Positions 26,796-37,459 are shown, numbered from the stretch's first letter. The stretch: DNA of 64,000 nucleotides from Candidatus Puniceispirillum sp. (GCA_028382965.1 JAOEUK010000006.1:15527-79526); one strand, 5' to 3'. The notes: a model not told the origin generated them from the letters alone. Program-made: numbers and translations.

Positions 26796-27794
26796 ATGTC
26801 TAATTTTAGAGCTCTTATGGTGTTTCGTAATGATGACAAAAAAATTCGTCATGAGTTTATGGATCTGTCCCCTAATGACTTGCCAACTGATGGCGAAGTT
26901 CTGATCGCAGTGAAGTATTCTTCTGTCAATTACAAAGACGGCCTATGCCTGACTGGAAAAGGAGGATTGGTTCGTAATTATCCTCATGTGCCTGGAATTG
27001 ACTTTGCTGGTGAGGTTGTTAGTAGCTCAGATGAAAGGTACATGCGGGGAGACCTTGTGGTACTGACTGGTTGGCGTGTTGGTGAGGTTTGGTGGGGAGG
27101 TTATTCCCAGTTTGCCAGAGTGAAGGCTGATTGGTTAGTGCCATTGGTAAATGGATTGGACTGCCAGCAATCCATGGCAATTGGAACTGCTGGCATGACG
27201 GCAATGCTTGCTGTATTGGCTCTTGAAAACTCGGGGACAACTCCTGATCGTGGACCTGTTCTTGTTACTGGAGCCGCTGGTGGTGTTGGCTCACTAGTGA
27301 TTTCATTGCTTGCTAACAGAGGTTTTTCTGTAACTGCAGTGACTGGTAGATCCGATAAAATAGAATATCTTAGAGGCCTTGGGGCAAGTGATTTTTTGAG
27401 CCGCGCTGAGATGCTTGTTGATGAAACTAGACCATTAGAGTCAGGGACTTGGGCGGGCTGTGTTGATTCTGTGGGTGGGAAAATGCTTGCCCGTGTTCTT
27501 GCGCAGATGCAGCCTGGTGGAGTTGTGGCCGCTGTTGGTAATGCTGGTGGTGGAGATGTGCCAACGACAGTATTTCCTTTCATCATCCGTGGCGTATCAC
27601 TTTTAGGTATTGATTCTGTGATGGCATCATATAATCAAAGGGTAGAAGCTTGGCAGCGTTTAGCCATTGATTTGCCAAAGTCACAGCTTTCAGCAGCGAC
27701 AACTGTTATTGGGCTTGGTGACATCCCAAATGCCGGAATTGATATTCTGGATGGAAAGGTTCAGGGACGTTTAGTCGTTGATGTTAATGCTTAA
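26796..27794 (+). CDS. acuI: YhdH/AcuI-type quinone oxidoreductase (acrylyl-CoA reductase family)
   Basis: 332 aa. MDR superfamily with YSSVNYKD, PGIDFAGEV and GAAGGVGS, and without the zinc-ligand Cys pattern. Confidence 0.75.
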   Translation: MSNFRALMVFRNDDKKIRHEFMDLSPNDLPTDGEVLIAVKYSSVNYKDGLCLTGKGGLVRNYPHVPGIDFAGEVVSSSDERYMRGDLVVLTGWRVGEVWWGGYSQFARVKADWLVPLVNGLDCQQSMAIGTAGMTAMLAVLALENSGTTPDRGPVLVTGAAGGVGSLVISLLANRGFSVTAVTGRSDKIEYLRGLGASDFLSRAEMLVDETRPLESGTWAGCVDSVGGKMLARVLAQMQPGGVVAAVGNAGGGDVPTTVFPFIIRGVSLLGIDSVMASYNQRVEAWQRLAIDLPKSQLSAATTVIGLGDIPNAGIDILDGKVQGRLVVDVNA

Positions 27795-27894
27795 AAATAA
27801 CATTTAGCAAAAAGTTCTTGTATGACTACTATTGTAAAGACAAGTCTTTTGATTTCTCTATCTTCATGTAAGTCAAAATCTTTTTCCAGGGTAT

Positions 27895-28440
27895 CTACTT
27901 AATTCCTTTCACGACACCAATATGTGGTAAATTGCGTCCTTGCTGGGCGTAATCAATACCGTAGCCAATTACAAATGCGTCAGGAATATCAAATCCAATC
28001 CAATCAACATCTACATCAACTTCACGCCGAGAAGGTTTGTTAAGTAGCGTGCAGATCGACAGGCTTTTTGGCGTTCGAGTAAGTAAAATTTTTTGCACTT
28101 GTGACAGGGTATGCCCAGTATCAACAATATCTTCAACAATCAAAACATCTCTGTTTTTAATGGGGGTTTCTAAATCTTGAATTATTCGAACTTGCCGGGA
28201 TGAAACAGCTTTGTTGCCGTAAGATGACACAGTCATAAAATCAACTTCCACTGGCAAAGCTAATCGCCTTACAAGATCTGCTATAAAAACAAATGACCCC
28301 CGTAAAAGTCCGACTACGATCAGTTGCTCGGTATCTTTGTATTGCTCGGTAATCTGGCGTGCTAAATTATTTGTCCTTGCGGCGATCTCTGCTTCGGTAA
28401 TTAGAATATCAATTTCGTGTTGGCTTGATAATACGGTCAT
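27895..28440 (-). CDS. hpt: hypoxanthine phosphoribosyltransferase
   Basis: 181 aa with the PRPP loop VLIVEDIVDTGHTL and flanking Hpt blocks (GLLRGSFVFIADL, IGYGIDY). Confidence 0.9.
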   Translation of the reverse strand: MTVLSSQHEIDILITEAEIAARTNNLARQITEQYKDTEQLIVVGLLRGSFVFIADLVRRLALPVEVDFMTVSSYGNKAVSSRQVRIIQDLETPIKNRDVLIVEDIVDTGHTLSQVQKILLTRTPKSLSICTLLNKPSRREVDVDVDWIGFDIPDAFVIGYGIDYAQQGRNLPHIGVVKGIK

Positions 28441-28629
28441 GCTTAAAGGTCACCTAAATTTAATAACAAGTAGTAGTTGATGAAGATTTTGCGTAAACTT
28501 TGCTGTGCTAACATTTCTTGTATTGTAGTATAGTCGTGCTAACAAAAATGGCTATGGTAAAGTGTATTATATACGCTTGGTTGGGACGCGAATGTCATAA
28601 GTTAAACAAATAGAACAAAGGAAATTTTT

Positions 28630-29499
28630 ATGTCTAAAGTTGCATTTCTGGGTATGGGTGTCATGGGCTATCCGATGGCTGGGCACATTGCCGCTGGAGG
28701 GCATGAAGTGACTGTTTATAATCGGACCATTGCCAAAGCGGAAAACTGGGTTTCTCAACACGGTGGTCTAGTCGCTAAAACACCATCTGTTGCCGCTAAA
28801 GGTGCTGATTTTGTTTTTTGCTGTGTTGGTGATGACCCGGACGTGCTGTCTGTTGCGCTGGGAGAAGATGGCGCTATCCCAGTAATGAAACGTGGTGCTT
28901 TTTTTATTGATAATAGCACTGTTTCTGCTGATGTGGCGCGGCAGATTTATGAAGCTGGAAAAATTATTGGAGTAAAAACTCTCGATGCACCAGTCTCGGG
29001 TGGTCAAGCAGGCGCAGAAAATGGAAAATTAACTGTGATGGTTGGTGGCGATGATGACGCTTTTACGGCAGCACTACCATTGATAGATTGTTATGGCGCA
29101 CGAATCGTGCACATGGGCGGTGCCGGCAAAGGCCAACAGGCTAAAATGGTGAATCAGATTTGCATTGCGGGTCTTGTTCAAGCCTTGTCCGAGGGTCTAA
29201 GTTTTGCGATGAATGCGGGGCTTGATACTGACAAGCTTCTTGAGGCGATTTCTGGCGGCGCAGCTCAATCATGGCAGATGGTTAATCGTGGTGAAACAAT
29301 GGTAAAAGGCGAGTTTGATTTTGGTTTTGCTGTTGACTGGATGCAAAAGGATTTGAGGATTTGCCTTGAAGAGGCAAAAAGCAATGGAGCGGATTTGCCA
29401 GTCACTGAGATAGTCGCTGAGTATTATGCGGAATTAAGCGCTGATGGGTTTGGTCGTAGCGATACATCAAGCTTGATTCGTCGGTTGCATGATTTCTAA
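28630..29499 (+). CDS. NAD(P)-dependent beta-hydroxyacid dehydrogenase family oxidoreductase
   Basis: 289 aa with VAFLGMGVMG, DAPVSGG and GKGQQAKMVNQ. Confidence 0.8.
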   Translation: MSKVAFLGMGVMGYPMAGHIAAGGHEVTVYNRTIAKAENWVSQHGGLVAKTPSVAAKGADFVFCCVGDDPDVLSVALGEDGAIPVMKRGAFFIDNSTVSADVARQIYEAGKIIGVKTLDAPVSGGQAGAENGKLTVMVGGDDDAFTAALPLIDCYGARIVHMGGAGKGQQAKMVNQICIAGLVQALSEGLSFAMNAGLDTDKLLEAISGGAAQSWQMVNRGETMVKGEFDFGFAVDWMQKDLRICLEEAKSNGADLPVTEIVAEYYAELSADGFGRSDTSSLIRRLHDF

Positions 29500-29573
29500 A
29501 TTAATCGAGCTTATGCCAACAAAACATTTTGAGATAATACGCTGGTTCTTTTGCTTGGTGTTAAATGCGGCGC

Positions 29574-31025
29574 TTAAATGCCAATACATACGAATTTGAT
29601 TTCAAGGAATTCATCGATACCATATTTAGAGCCTTCTCGACCAAGGCCAGAGTTTTTTACGCCACCAAAGGGCCCAACCTCAGATGAAAAAATACCGGTA
29701 TTCACGGCAACGATTCCATATTCAAGCGCTTCACTAACGCGAAATAAGCGTGATGTGTTTTCAGTGAATAGATATGCTGCAAGTCCAAATTCGGTATCAT
29801 TGGCAGCCTTGATGGCCTCTTCTTCATCGGTAAAGCGAAAAATGCCTGCAACAGGTCCAAAGGTTTCTTCGCGAAACATCTTCATTGATGAGTCCATATC
29901 CGTCAAAACGGTTGGCTCAAAAAATGTGCCACCCATTTTGTGTGACTTGCCGCCGGTTAGGACCTTAGCCCCTTTGGAAATGGCATCATCAACATGTGCC
30001 AATACCTTTTTATATCCCTGTTGATCGATTAATGGCCCTTGATCGACACCATCATCTAGTCCATCACCAACATTTATTGCGGCTGATTTTTCAGCAAGGC
30101 GCTTGGCGAATTCATCATAGATGCCATCTTGGACAAAAATCCGGTTTGCGCAAACACAAGTCTGTCCAGCATTGCGGTATTTTGATAGCATCGCGCCCTC
30201 AATCGCCACATCAAGATTGGCGTCATTAAATACTAATAAAGGCGCATTTCCTCCAAGCTCAAGGCTCATTTTTTTCACCGTGCTGGCGCTTTGACGCATG
30301 AGAATTCTGCCAACTTCAGTTGATCCTGTAAAAGTCATTTTGCGGATGCGATCATCAGCGCAAAGCGCCTTTCCAATCGCGGGAGCATCGATACCTGTAA
30401 CAATGTTCATGACGCCCGGAGGAATGCCTGCACGAGTTGCTAGTTCAGCAAGTGCTAAAGCTGATAAAGGAGTTTGTTCTGCAGGCTTCAGCACACATGC
30501 ACACCCTGCAGCGAGACCAGGGGCAACTTTACGGGCAATCATGGCTATTGGGAAATTCCATGGTGTGATTGCTCCAAAAACGCCAATTGGCTGCTTAAAT
30601 GTCAGTAACCGTTTATCTACTTGTGGACTTTCCATTACATCGCCACAAACTCGTCTGGCTTCTTCGCCAAACCAGTCTATAAAGCTTGCGCCATAGGCGA
30701 TTTCACCTTTCGATTCGGCGAGTGGCTTGCCCATTTCAGTTGTCAAGATAATGGCAAGATCATCAGTGTTTTCTATCACGAGATCATGCCAACGACGCAG
30801 GATCATGGCACGGGTCTTGGCTGGTGTGGCGGCCCAAGATTTCTGTGCTGGCACAGCAGCATCAATAGCATGCGTGACAGCATCTGCGTTTAGATCAGCA
30901 ACTTCGATGATAAGTTTGCCATTGGCGGGGTTATGAACGCCAAACACACGCCCATCAACAGCATCAACCCATTCACCATTTATATAAGCTTTGCTTCGAA
31001 GAAGTGATGGATCTTTTAATTTCAT
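29574..31025 (-). CDS. gabD: succinate-semialdehyde dehydrogenase (GabD-type aldehyde dehydrogenase)
   Basis: 483 aa. N-terminus KAYINGEWVDA, ITPWNFP, catalytic ELGGNAP and GQTCVCANR. Confidence 0.8.
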   Translation of the reverse strand: MKLKDPSLLRSKAYINGEWVDAVDGRVFGVHNPANGKLIIEVADLNADAVTHAIDAAVPAQKSWAATPAKTRAMILRRWHDLVIENTDDLAIILTTEMGKPLAESKGEIAYGASFIDWFGEEARRVCGDVMESPQVDKRLLTFKQPIGVFGAITPWNFPIAMIARKVAPGLAAGCACVLKPAEQTPLSALALAELATRAGIPPGVMNIVTGIDAPAIGKALCADDRIRKMTFTGSTEVGRILMRQSASTVKKMSLELGGNAPLLVFNDANLDVAIEGAMLSKYRNAGQTCVCANRIFVQDGIYDEFAKRLAEKSAAINVGDGLDDGVDQGPLIDQQGYKKVLAHVDDAISKGAKVLTGGKSHKMGGTFFEPTVLTDMDSSMKMFREETFGPVAGIFRFTDEEEAIKAANDTEFGLAAYLFTENTSRLFRVSEALEYGIVAVNTGIFSSEVGPFGGVKNSGLGREGSKYGIDEFLEIKFVCIGI

Positions 31026-31160
31026 TTATTCGGCCTCCAGCGGCTGTAAACAAAAAACGCAATCGATGCACATTGCCAAGCTTGATTTCCTAAAATTGTA
31101 TGGTTTTTTCATAGCATTATTAGTTACTGTCTTAAAATTGGTTTTTTCCTTTTAGAAAAA

Positions 31161-31745
31161 CTATTCGAGCGGGGGCAAGGAATGTGTATGCATATTTGAG
31201 AATGGACCGCCCGCTACCCCAAGCCTGTGTGCTCGTCCCACCTCAACATAATGCTCGGCTATCCGGCGATTGTCAGCAATTTCTTTAGCAGTTAGGTCAC
31301 GCATTTTGTGTGCTGGGCTACCAGCCCATAATTCTCCGGCTGGAATCTGTTTCTTTGGAGTTAATAGTGAACCAGCAGCAAGCATTCCGTCAGATTGAAT
31401 GATTGCGCCATCCATAACAATCGATCCCATGCCAACAAAGGCATGATCATGCAAATGACAGGCATGAACCAATGCGCTATGGCCAATATTAACATGGTTG
31501 CCGATGATTGTTGGATAGCCTTGGCTGCTGATGTGGACGCAGCTATTATCTTGAATATTTGTTCCTTCACCAACAGTGATAAAATTATTGTCACCCCGTA
31601 AGGTCACCTGATGCCAAATGCTGCTGCTATTCCCAATCCGGACTGCACCAACCACTGCTGCTGTCTGAGCAATATAGGCGCTTAAAGCAATTTCTGGATG
31701 ATGACCAAGAAAAGGCGCGATAAAGGGTTTAGTCAGGTTAGTCAT
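31161..31745 (-). CDS. gamma-carbonic-anhydrase-like hexapeptide-repeat protein
   Basis: 194 aa with left-handed beta-helix repeats and His-containing blocks (IWHQVTLRGD, CVHI, GHSALVHAC). Confidence 0.75.
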   Translation of the reverse strand: MTNLTKPFIAPFLGHHPEIALSAYIAQTAAVVGAVRIGNSSSIWHQVTLRGDNNFITVGEGTNIQDNSCVHISSQGYPTIIGNHVNIGHSALVHACHLHDHAFVGMGSIVMDGAIIQSDGMLAAGSLLTPKKQIPAGELWAGSPAHKMRDLTAKEIADNRRIAEHYVEVGRAHRLGVAGGPFSNMHTHSLPPLE

Positions 31746-31914
31746 TTTGCTATCCTTCGTGTGGAACCTAAAAAGAACTTTTGATAATACTTAAAGCTTG
31801 ATAATTTGGCATGCTATAAGTACTTATCAGTTTATTTTATTTGGTATTTGTAAAATTTTAACTATATCTGTGTAAACACTTAATCTATCGGACAATAAAC
31901 TTGTGGAGGCTAAA

Positions 31915-32514
31915 ATGGCGTTTGAACTACCTGACCTACCTTACGCGCACGATGCGTTGGCAGAACTTGGCATGAGCGCCGAAACCTTGGAATATCATCA
32001 TGACCTTCATCACAACGCTTATGTGGTGAACGGTAACAAGCTAATAAATGGTACAGAATGGGAAGATAAATCAGTTGAGGACATCATCGTGGGCACCTAT
32101 GATTCAAATACGGTTGCACAGAATGGGGTCTTCAATAATGCTTCTCAGCATTGGAATCATATGAAGTTCTGGGAGATGATGGGGCCAAAGGGACGTTCAA
32201 TGCCGAGTGAGCTTAACAAGGCACTGACAGAATCATTTGGGTCTGTTGACGCATTTAAAGATGCATTCAAAGCTGCTGGTGCAGGCCAGTTTGGATCTGG
32301 CTGGTGTTGGCTTGTCAAAAACAGTGATGGTGGGCTTTCTGTGACTAAAACTGAAAATGGTGTAAACCCAATTTGTTTTAACCAAACAGTTTTACTTGGT
32401 TGCGATGTATGGGAGCATTCTTACTATATTGATTTCCGTAATAAGCGCCCAGATTATTTGACAAATTTTCTTGAGAGCCTTGTTAATTGGGATTATGTAG
32501 CTGCACAGCTATAA
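31915..32514 (+). CDS. sodB: Fe/Mn superoxide dismutase
   Basis: ATG at 31915 is preceded by GGAGG. It has MAFELPDLPY, YHHDLHH and DVWEHSYY. Confidence 0.9.
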   Translation: MAFELPDLPYAHDALAELGMSAETLEYHHDLHHNAYVVNGNKLINGTEWEDKSVEDIIVGTYDSNTVAQNGVFNNASQHWNHMKFWEMMGPKGRSMPSELNKALTESFGSVDAFKDAFKAAGAGQFGSGWCWLVKNSDGGLSVTKTENGVNPICFNQTVLLGCDVWEHSYYIDFRNKRPDYLTNFLESLVNWDYVAAQL

Positions 32515-32517
32515 ACC

Positions 32518-32561
32518 AAAAAACCGGGCGGCAGACCAGCGTAATGTTGGCCGGTTTTTTT
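32518..32561. terminator. candidate bidirectional terminator between sodB and argG
   Basis: AAAAAACCGG...CCGGTTTTTT forms a 10-bp stem with an A-run on one side and a T-run on the other. The 23-nt loop and the 4-bp GC core make it weak. Confidence 0.4.
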
Positions 32562-32694
32562 GTGCTAGTTAACATACACCGCTATGTGCCAATACAAGCT
32601 AAAAATATTTGGAAGTCCGAAGATGCCAACTGGCGGCTTGCTTCTAAAATTAAAGCTAGCCTGCGAAGTAATTTTTTAATTATTGAAAATAATA

Positions 32695-33912
32695 CTAGTT
32701 GTCTTGGAGCATTTTATTTACCCGCAGCCTTAACGCATTCAACCGAATAAACCCATGTGCATCGCTGTGATCGTAATCAACTGCGCCCTCTTCAAAGGTC
32801 ACCAGATCTGCATTGTAAAGTGAATTTGGCGATTTGCGCCCCGTTACTACTGTATTCCCCTTGTATAGTTTTACCCGCACAATACCATTTACTGAATCGC
32901 GGCAACTATCAATGGCGGCTTGCAGCATTTCACGCTCGGGTGAAAACCAAAAGCCATTATAGACAAGTTCAGCATAACGGGGCATCAATTCGTCTTTAGT
33001 GTGCATGGCTCCACGATCAAGGGTAATGGACTCCATTGCTCGCCGTGCAGTGAGTAAAATTGTGCCCCCTGGAGTTTCGTAAATACCACGTGATTTCATT
33101 CCAATAAACCGATTCTCTACGAGATCCAGACGTCCAACACCATTTGCGCCACCCAGTTGGTTCAATTCCGTCAAAAGATTAGCAGGTGACAATGCTCTTC
33201 CATCAATGGCAACTGGGTCCCCTGCCTTAAAGGTTATTTCAATTTCTGTTGGTTTATTAGGCGCCTGCTCTGGCGATACACTCCGCGAGAATACATATTC
33301 TTCTGGCGCAATCCAAGGGTCTTCCAAAACTTTTCCTTCAGCCGAAATATGCAACAAGTTTGCATCAACGCTAAAGGGGGCTTCACCGCGTTTGTCCTTC
33401 GGGATTGGTATTTGGTTGGCTTCGGCATAAGCAATCAATTTTGTCCGGCTACTAAGATCCCATTCGCGCCATGGAGCAATAACTTTGATGTTGGGCTGCT
33501 TGGCATAATAAGCTAACTCGAACCGTACTTGATCATTTCCCTTACCGGTTGCACCATGCGATACCGCTTCGGCACCAACGTCATGGGCAATCTCAATTTG
33601 ACGTTTAGCAATCAGCGGTCGGGCAATCGCTGTCCCAAGGAGGTAGGCACCTTCATAGAGTGGGTTGGCTCGAAACATTGGGAACACATAATCGCGAACA
33701 AATTCTTCGCGTAAATCTTCAACATAGATTTGTCTGATGCCCAACATCTCGGCTTTTGACCTTACTGGTCCGATGTCTTCGCCTTGGCCAATGTCCGCAG
33801 TAAAGGTAATAACTTCAGCGCTGTAATTGTCTTGTAACCAGCGCAGAATAACTGAAGTGTCGAGGCCACCAGAGTAGGCTAGGACAACTTTTGATATATC
33901 ATGCTTGCTCAT
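32695..33912 (-). CDS. argG: argininosuccinate synthase
   Basis: 405 aa with [23 protein letters not shown] and [10 protein letters not shown]. Confidence 0.95.
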   Translation of the reverse strand: MSKHDISKVVLAYSGGLDTSVILRWLQDNYSAEVITFTADIGQGEDIGPVRSKAEMLGIRQIYVEDLREEFVRDYVFPMFRANPLYEGAYLLGTAIARPLIAKRQIEIAHDVGAEAVSHGATGKGNDQVRFELAYYAKQPNIKVIAPWREWDLSSRTKLIAYAEANQIPIPKDKRGEAPFSVDANLLHISAEGKVLEDPWIAPEEYVFSRSVSPEQAPNKPTEIEITFKAGDPVAIDGRALSPANLLTELNQLGGANGVGRLDLVENRFIGMKSRGIYETPGGTILLTARRAMESITLDRGAMHTKDELMPRYAELVYNGFWFSPEREMLQAAIDSCRDSVNGIVRVKLYKGNTVVTGRKSPNSLYNADLVTFEEGAVDYDHSDAHGFIRLNALRLRVNKMLQDN

Positions 33913-34011
33913 AACTGATTGCTATATCCGATCGCTGACTGCCTCGCAATGATGTTTTTTCTTCAGCACAAATTTTTGAAAGTGCATTTCGCGCATCGTT
34001 TAACTCTGAGT

Positions 34012-36576
34012 TTAAAGTTCTCGTAATAATGGTGCTGGTTTACGACCAAGGGTTTTTAAAGCACCGGCAAGCCCAAGAAAGGCTGTTGCAACTGCACCGC
34101 CAAGCGTGGTGAAAAAAACTAACCAGCCATCAAGGATGAATTCAGCTCCCAAAAACCCATCAACCAATGCCCAGCTTGCAAGGCTGCCAATGACCGCTGC
34201 TACAATCGCGGTTAGAAGTCCCAAAAATGCATATTCAAGAAACCAAGCAAGGCCAATAGTGAGCCGTGTCGCACCAATCACCTTTAAAACGACCGAATCA
34301 GTAAGTCGTTGTGATTCACTGCTGGCAACGGTTCCTGCCAGCACCGAAATGCCTGCGATCAGGGTCACCAAGGCGGTAAGCTTGACTGCCCCGCCAAGCA
34401 GCCCAATCACGCGTTGCGCAGTGGCAACAGCTTCTTTTACAGATACTGCAGAAATGTTTGAAAACTGCATTGTGACGGCACGCTCAACAGCATCGGCAGC
34501 AGCGTTGCTTGCGGCATGCGTCGTGGCAATCCAACTATGTGGAGCGGCATTTAACACGCCTGGGTTCAATACAAAAACAAAGTTGATTTGGAAACTTTGC
34601 CAATCAACAGCCCTTAAATTGGCTATGGTTGCAGTGATTTCTCGGCCAAGAACATTAATGCTGACGGTGTCGCCTACTTTAAGGCCAAAATCATCGGCTG
34701 CGTTTTTTGACACAGAGATGACTGGTGCCCCTCTATAATTTTCTGGCCACCATTCGCCCGCAACAATGTCAGTGCCCTTTGGAGCAGTTGCTGCCCACGT
34801 TAAGGCGCGATCACCACGTAAGATCCAGGCTGATCCTTCTGGAGGAGTTATGTCGGCTACGGGAACCTCGTTTATTTTGACTACCCGGCCTCTGAGCATT
34901 GGTGTTTTGGTAACGCGCGTGATACCAGCTATCGATGCTGCAAGGCTCTCAAAAGCGTCAATTTGGGCCGGCTGAATATCTATAAAAAACCAAGTAGGTG
35001 CGCTTCTGGCAATACGGCTATCAATCTGACGGCTAAGGTTTGACTCGCTTACTGAAATGGTAACTAACACGGACAACCCAAGCCCAAATGCAATGACAAT
35101 CGAGCGGACAGGCGATCCTGGCCGGATGATGTTGGACAGGGCCAAGCGTACTGGTACAAAATGCGGCATTGGTAAAAGCCTGAGAACGTGCACAAGCAAC
35201 CCGCCTAGCAGTGACAGCAAAGCTAATGAAACTATTGATCCACCAATAAAAATCGCAGTAATAACAAGGTTATTAGTGGCAAGGTAGGAAAGCCAAGTCA
35301 GGCCAGTAGCTGATGCAATCATCATTAAAAGGTAGCGCAGTTTTGGCCAGCCAGAAGGCATTTCAATTAGCCTTCTAAATAAATCAGCCGCACGTACTTC
35401 TTCGGCTTTAGCAAGTGGCCAAACAGCAAACAGAAAAGCAGTGCCAAGGCCAAAGCCTCCAGCAATTAATAGCGGCACTGGGTAGATCGTCATTTCCAAT
35501 GGGACTGTCACATAATTTGATAGAATCTGGATGGCTAATAAAGGAACGATTGCCGCGATCACGAGTCCTGCAATAACGCCACATGTGGCGATGACAAAAA
35601 TCTGCAAAAGATAAATACGAAAAATTAATTTTGATGAAGCGCCGAGGCATTTTAAAGTCGCAATCACTGGCATACGACTTGCAAGCCAAGCTCGCACAGC
35701 ACTCGCAACGCCCAATCCCCCAATTAATAGAGCGGTCAACCCAACAAGCACTAAAAAGATTTCTGCCTGGTTGATAAAACGGTCAAAGCCAGCTGCAGCA
35801 TTGGCAATTTCACGCACTCTGACGTGAGTAGGCTCGGTTATTTTTTTTAGAGTTGCTAGTGCCGCTTCCTGCAATTCTGGTTGATCAAGTAAAAGTCGGT
35901 ACCGATAAGTGATAAATGAACCTGGTCGCTGCAACCCTGTTGCAGCCAATGTTTCAGCTGATATCAAAACGCGTGGGCCAAAGCTGACAAAGCTGATTGA
36001 CCTGTCAGGTTCACTTGTTAATTCCGCTCGGACCTCAACGTCCAATTCACCAAGACGGGCTTTGTCACCGGGTTTTAGGCTTAGGCTGCGAAGTAAGCCA
36101 GCATCAGCAACAATGCCACTTCCCGCAAGTGCAGTGTTAAGTGGAGCAATTGGATGAACGACAGCTTTTCCGACAAGAGGCCAATTTTTGTCGACAGCCT
36201 TTAGTTCCACCAGTTTACGGCTATCTCCAGCTTGCAGCATGGCACGCATTTGAACAACTTTTGATAACTTGCCGAAGGCATTGGCCGCAGCTAAAATTTT
36301 GTCGCTTGGCGGTGTATGCAGGCTGCTGATCTCCAGATCGCCGCCAAGCAAAATCTGCGCGTTGTCATTAATACCGCTCCGCATCGATTCTGCTACAGAC
36401 CCTACCGTGCCGATAGCAGCAACACCCAGAAGAAGTGCGCCTAGAAATATTCGAAACTTGCCAAGGTTGCCTTGCATCTCGCGCCTCGCTAATTTCCAAG
36501 CAAAGTGCCAGCTATCAAGGCTTGCAGAAATGCCACTCAAACCATTCTGCGAAGGCATTTTAGATTTTTGATTCAC
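34012..36576 (-). CDS. ybbP: FtsX-family ABC transporter permease (YbbP-type, duplicated FtsX domains)
   Basis: 854 aa with two blocks of TM helices separated by large loops. It overlaps the upstream ATPase stop, and the tesA-ybbA-ybbP layout matches E. coli. Confidence 0.75.
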   Translation of the reverse strand: MNQKSKMPSQNGLSGISASLDSWHFAWKLARREMQGNLGKFRIFLGALLLGVAAIGTVGSVAESMRSGINDNAQILLGGDLEISSLHTPPSDKILAAANAFGKLSKVVQMRAMLQAGDSRKLVELKAVDKNWPLVGKAVVHPIAPLNTALAGSGIVADAGLLRSLSLKPGDKARLGELDVEVRAELTSEPDRSISFVSFGPRVLISAETLAATGLQRPGSFITYRYRLLLDQPELQEAALATLKKITEPTHVRVREIANAAAGFDRFINQAEIFLVLVGLTALLIGGLGVASAVRAWLASRMPVIATLKCLGASSKLIFRIYLLQIFVIATCGVIAGLVIAAIVPLLAIQILSNYVTVPLEMTIYPVPLLIAGGFGLGTAFLFAVWPLAKAEEVRAADLFRRLIEMPSGWPKLRYLLMMIASATGLTWLSYLATNNLVITAIFIGGSIVSLALLSLLGGLLVHVLRLLPMPHFVPVRLALSNIIRPGSPVRSIVIAFGLGLSVLVTISVSESNLSRQIDSRIARSAPTWFFIDIQPAQIDAFESLAASIAGITRVTKTPMLRGRVVKINEVPVADITPPEGSAWILRGDRALTWAATAPKGTDIVAGEWWPENYRGAPVISVSKNAADDFGLKVGDTVSINVLGREITATIANLRAVDWQSFQINFVFVLNPGVLNAAPHSWIATTHAASNAAADAVERAVTMQFSNISAVSVKEAVATAQRVIGLLGGAVKLTALVTLIAGISVLAGTVASSESQRLTDSVVLKVIGATRLTIGLAWFLEYAFLGLLTAIVAAVIGSLASWALVDGFLGAEFILDGWLVFFTTLGGAVATAFLGLAGALKTLGRKPAPLLREL

Positions 36577-37283
36577 TGTTTGATGTCTCTGACTATGATG
36601 CCATCTTCAATTTCAAGGATGCGTGAACACCGTGCGGCAAGTGCTGCGTCATGTGTCACTAACACCAGAGCCGCTTGGGCGTCATGGGCGCTTTTGAATA
36701 GAATGTTGACCACTTTGTTCCCAGTCGCAGAATCAAGATTTCCAGTTGGTTCATCAGCAAGAATGATGCGCGGTTTGGGTGCAATCGCGCGCGCTATGCC
36801 AACTCGCTGTTGCTCACCACCAGACATTTGATCGGGAAGGTGGCTTAGGCGATGGGCTAACCCGACTGATTTTAGCGCAGTAGAGGCAAGTTCACTTGCG
36901 TCTTTGCGACCAGCTAGTTCAAGTGGAATGGCAACATTCTGCAAGGCGGTTAATGATGGAATTAACCGGAAAGCCTGAAAAATGATACCCACCATATCGC
37001 GCCGCAACGCGGCAAGAGGGTCTTCTTTGATTTTGGTTATGTCATTGTTTGACAAAAAAACGTTACCCTTTGTAAGGGCTTCAAGACCCGCTATAACCAT
37101 CAACAAACTGGTCTTTCCAGCACCACTTGGTCCCAGAACGGCAACGGTTTCACCTGTCCCAATCTGTAGGTCAACGCCTTTAAGAATTTTTACTGATGCA
37201 GCGTCCTTCCCGAGGGTTAAGTGTGCTGCTTTCAGCTCGATGACAGTAGAATTTTTTGAAGATGTGGACGGCGATGTAGACAT
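36573..37283 (-). CDS. ybbA: ABC transporter ATP-binding protein (YbbA/LolD-like)
   Basis: Walker A GPSGAGKTS, signature LSGGEQQRV, Walker B ILADEPTGNLD. The start is set at ATG 37283 (MSTSPS); the track ORF extends to 37337. Confidence 0.85.
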   Translation of the reverse strand: MSTSPSTSSKNSTVIELKAAHLTLGKDAASVKILKGVDLQIGTGETVAVLGPSGAGKTSLLMVIAGLEALTKGNVFLSNNDITKIKEDPLAALRRDMVGIIFQAFRLIPSLTALQNVAIPLELAGRKDASELASTALKSVGLAHRLSHLPDQMSGGEQQRVGIARAIAPKPRIILADEPTGNLDSATGNKVVNILFKSAHDAQAALVLVTHDAALAARCSRILEIEDGIIVRDIKQ

Positions 37284-37459
37284 GAAAGCTAGATCCAATT
37301 CTTTGGTTGATGTGCCTATAACAGAACTGCTAAACAATAGTTTTCTTGGCGGCTTACGAAAAATCCATTGGCGCTTTTTACGAGTTCATGAAGTCTGAAC
37401 TGGGGTGGATGATTTATTATGATATGGGCTTGCAAATCATTGAGATCAAGGGAACTGGG

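Noticed and set aside
28505-28544. 9-bp direct repeat GTGCTAACA (28505-28513 and 28536-28544) in the hpt/dehydrogenase divergent spacer
   Set aside because: The chance expectation is about 0.07 for this spacer alone, which is not negligible given the number of spacers inspected. No dyad symmetry or known motif is present.
32487-32750. 87-aa plus-strand ORF running from the sodB 3' end into argG
   Set aside because: It crosses the candidate terminator hairpin and is antisense to the argG 3' end. It has no family resemblance.
34106-34738. 210-aa plus-strand ORF inside the FtsX permease gene
   Set aside because: It is a shadow ORF. The minus-strand product is a coherent polytopic FtsX-type permease coupled to its ATPase. 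The plus-strand translation has no recognisable domain.
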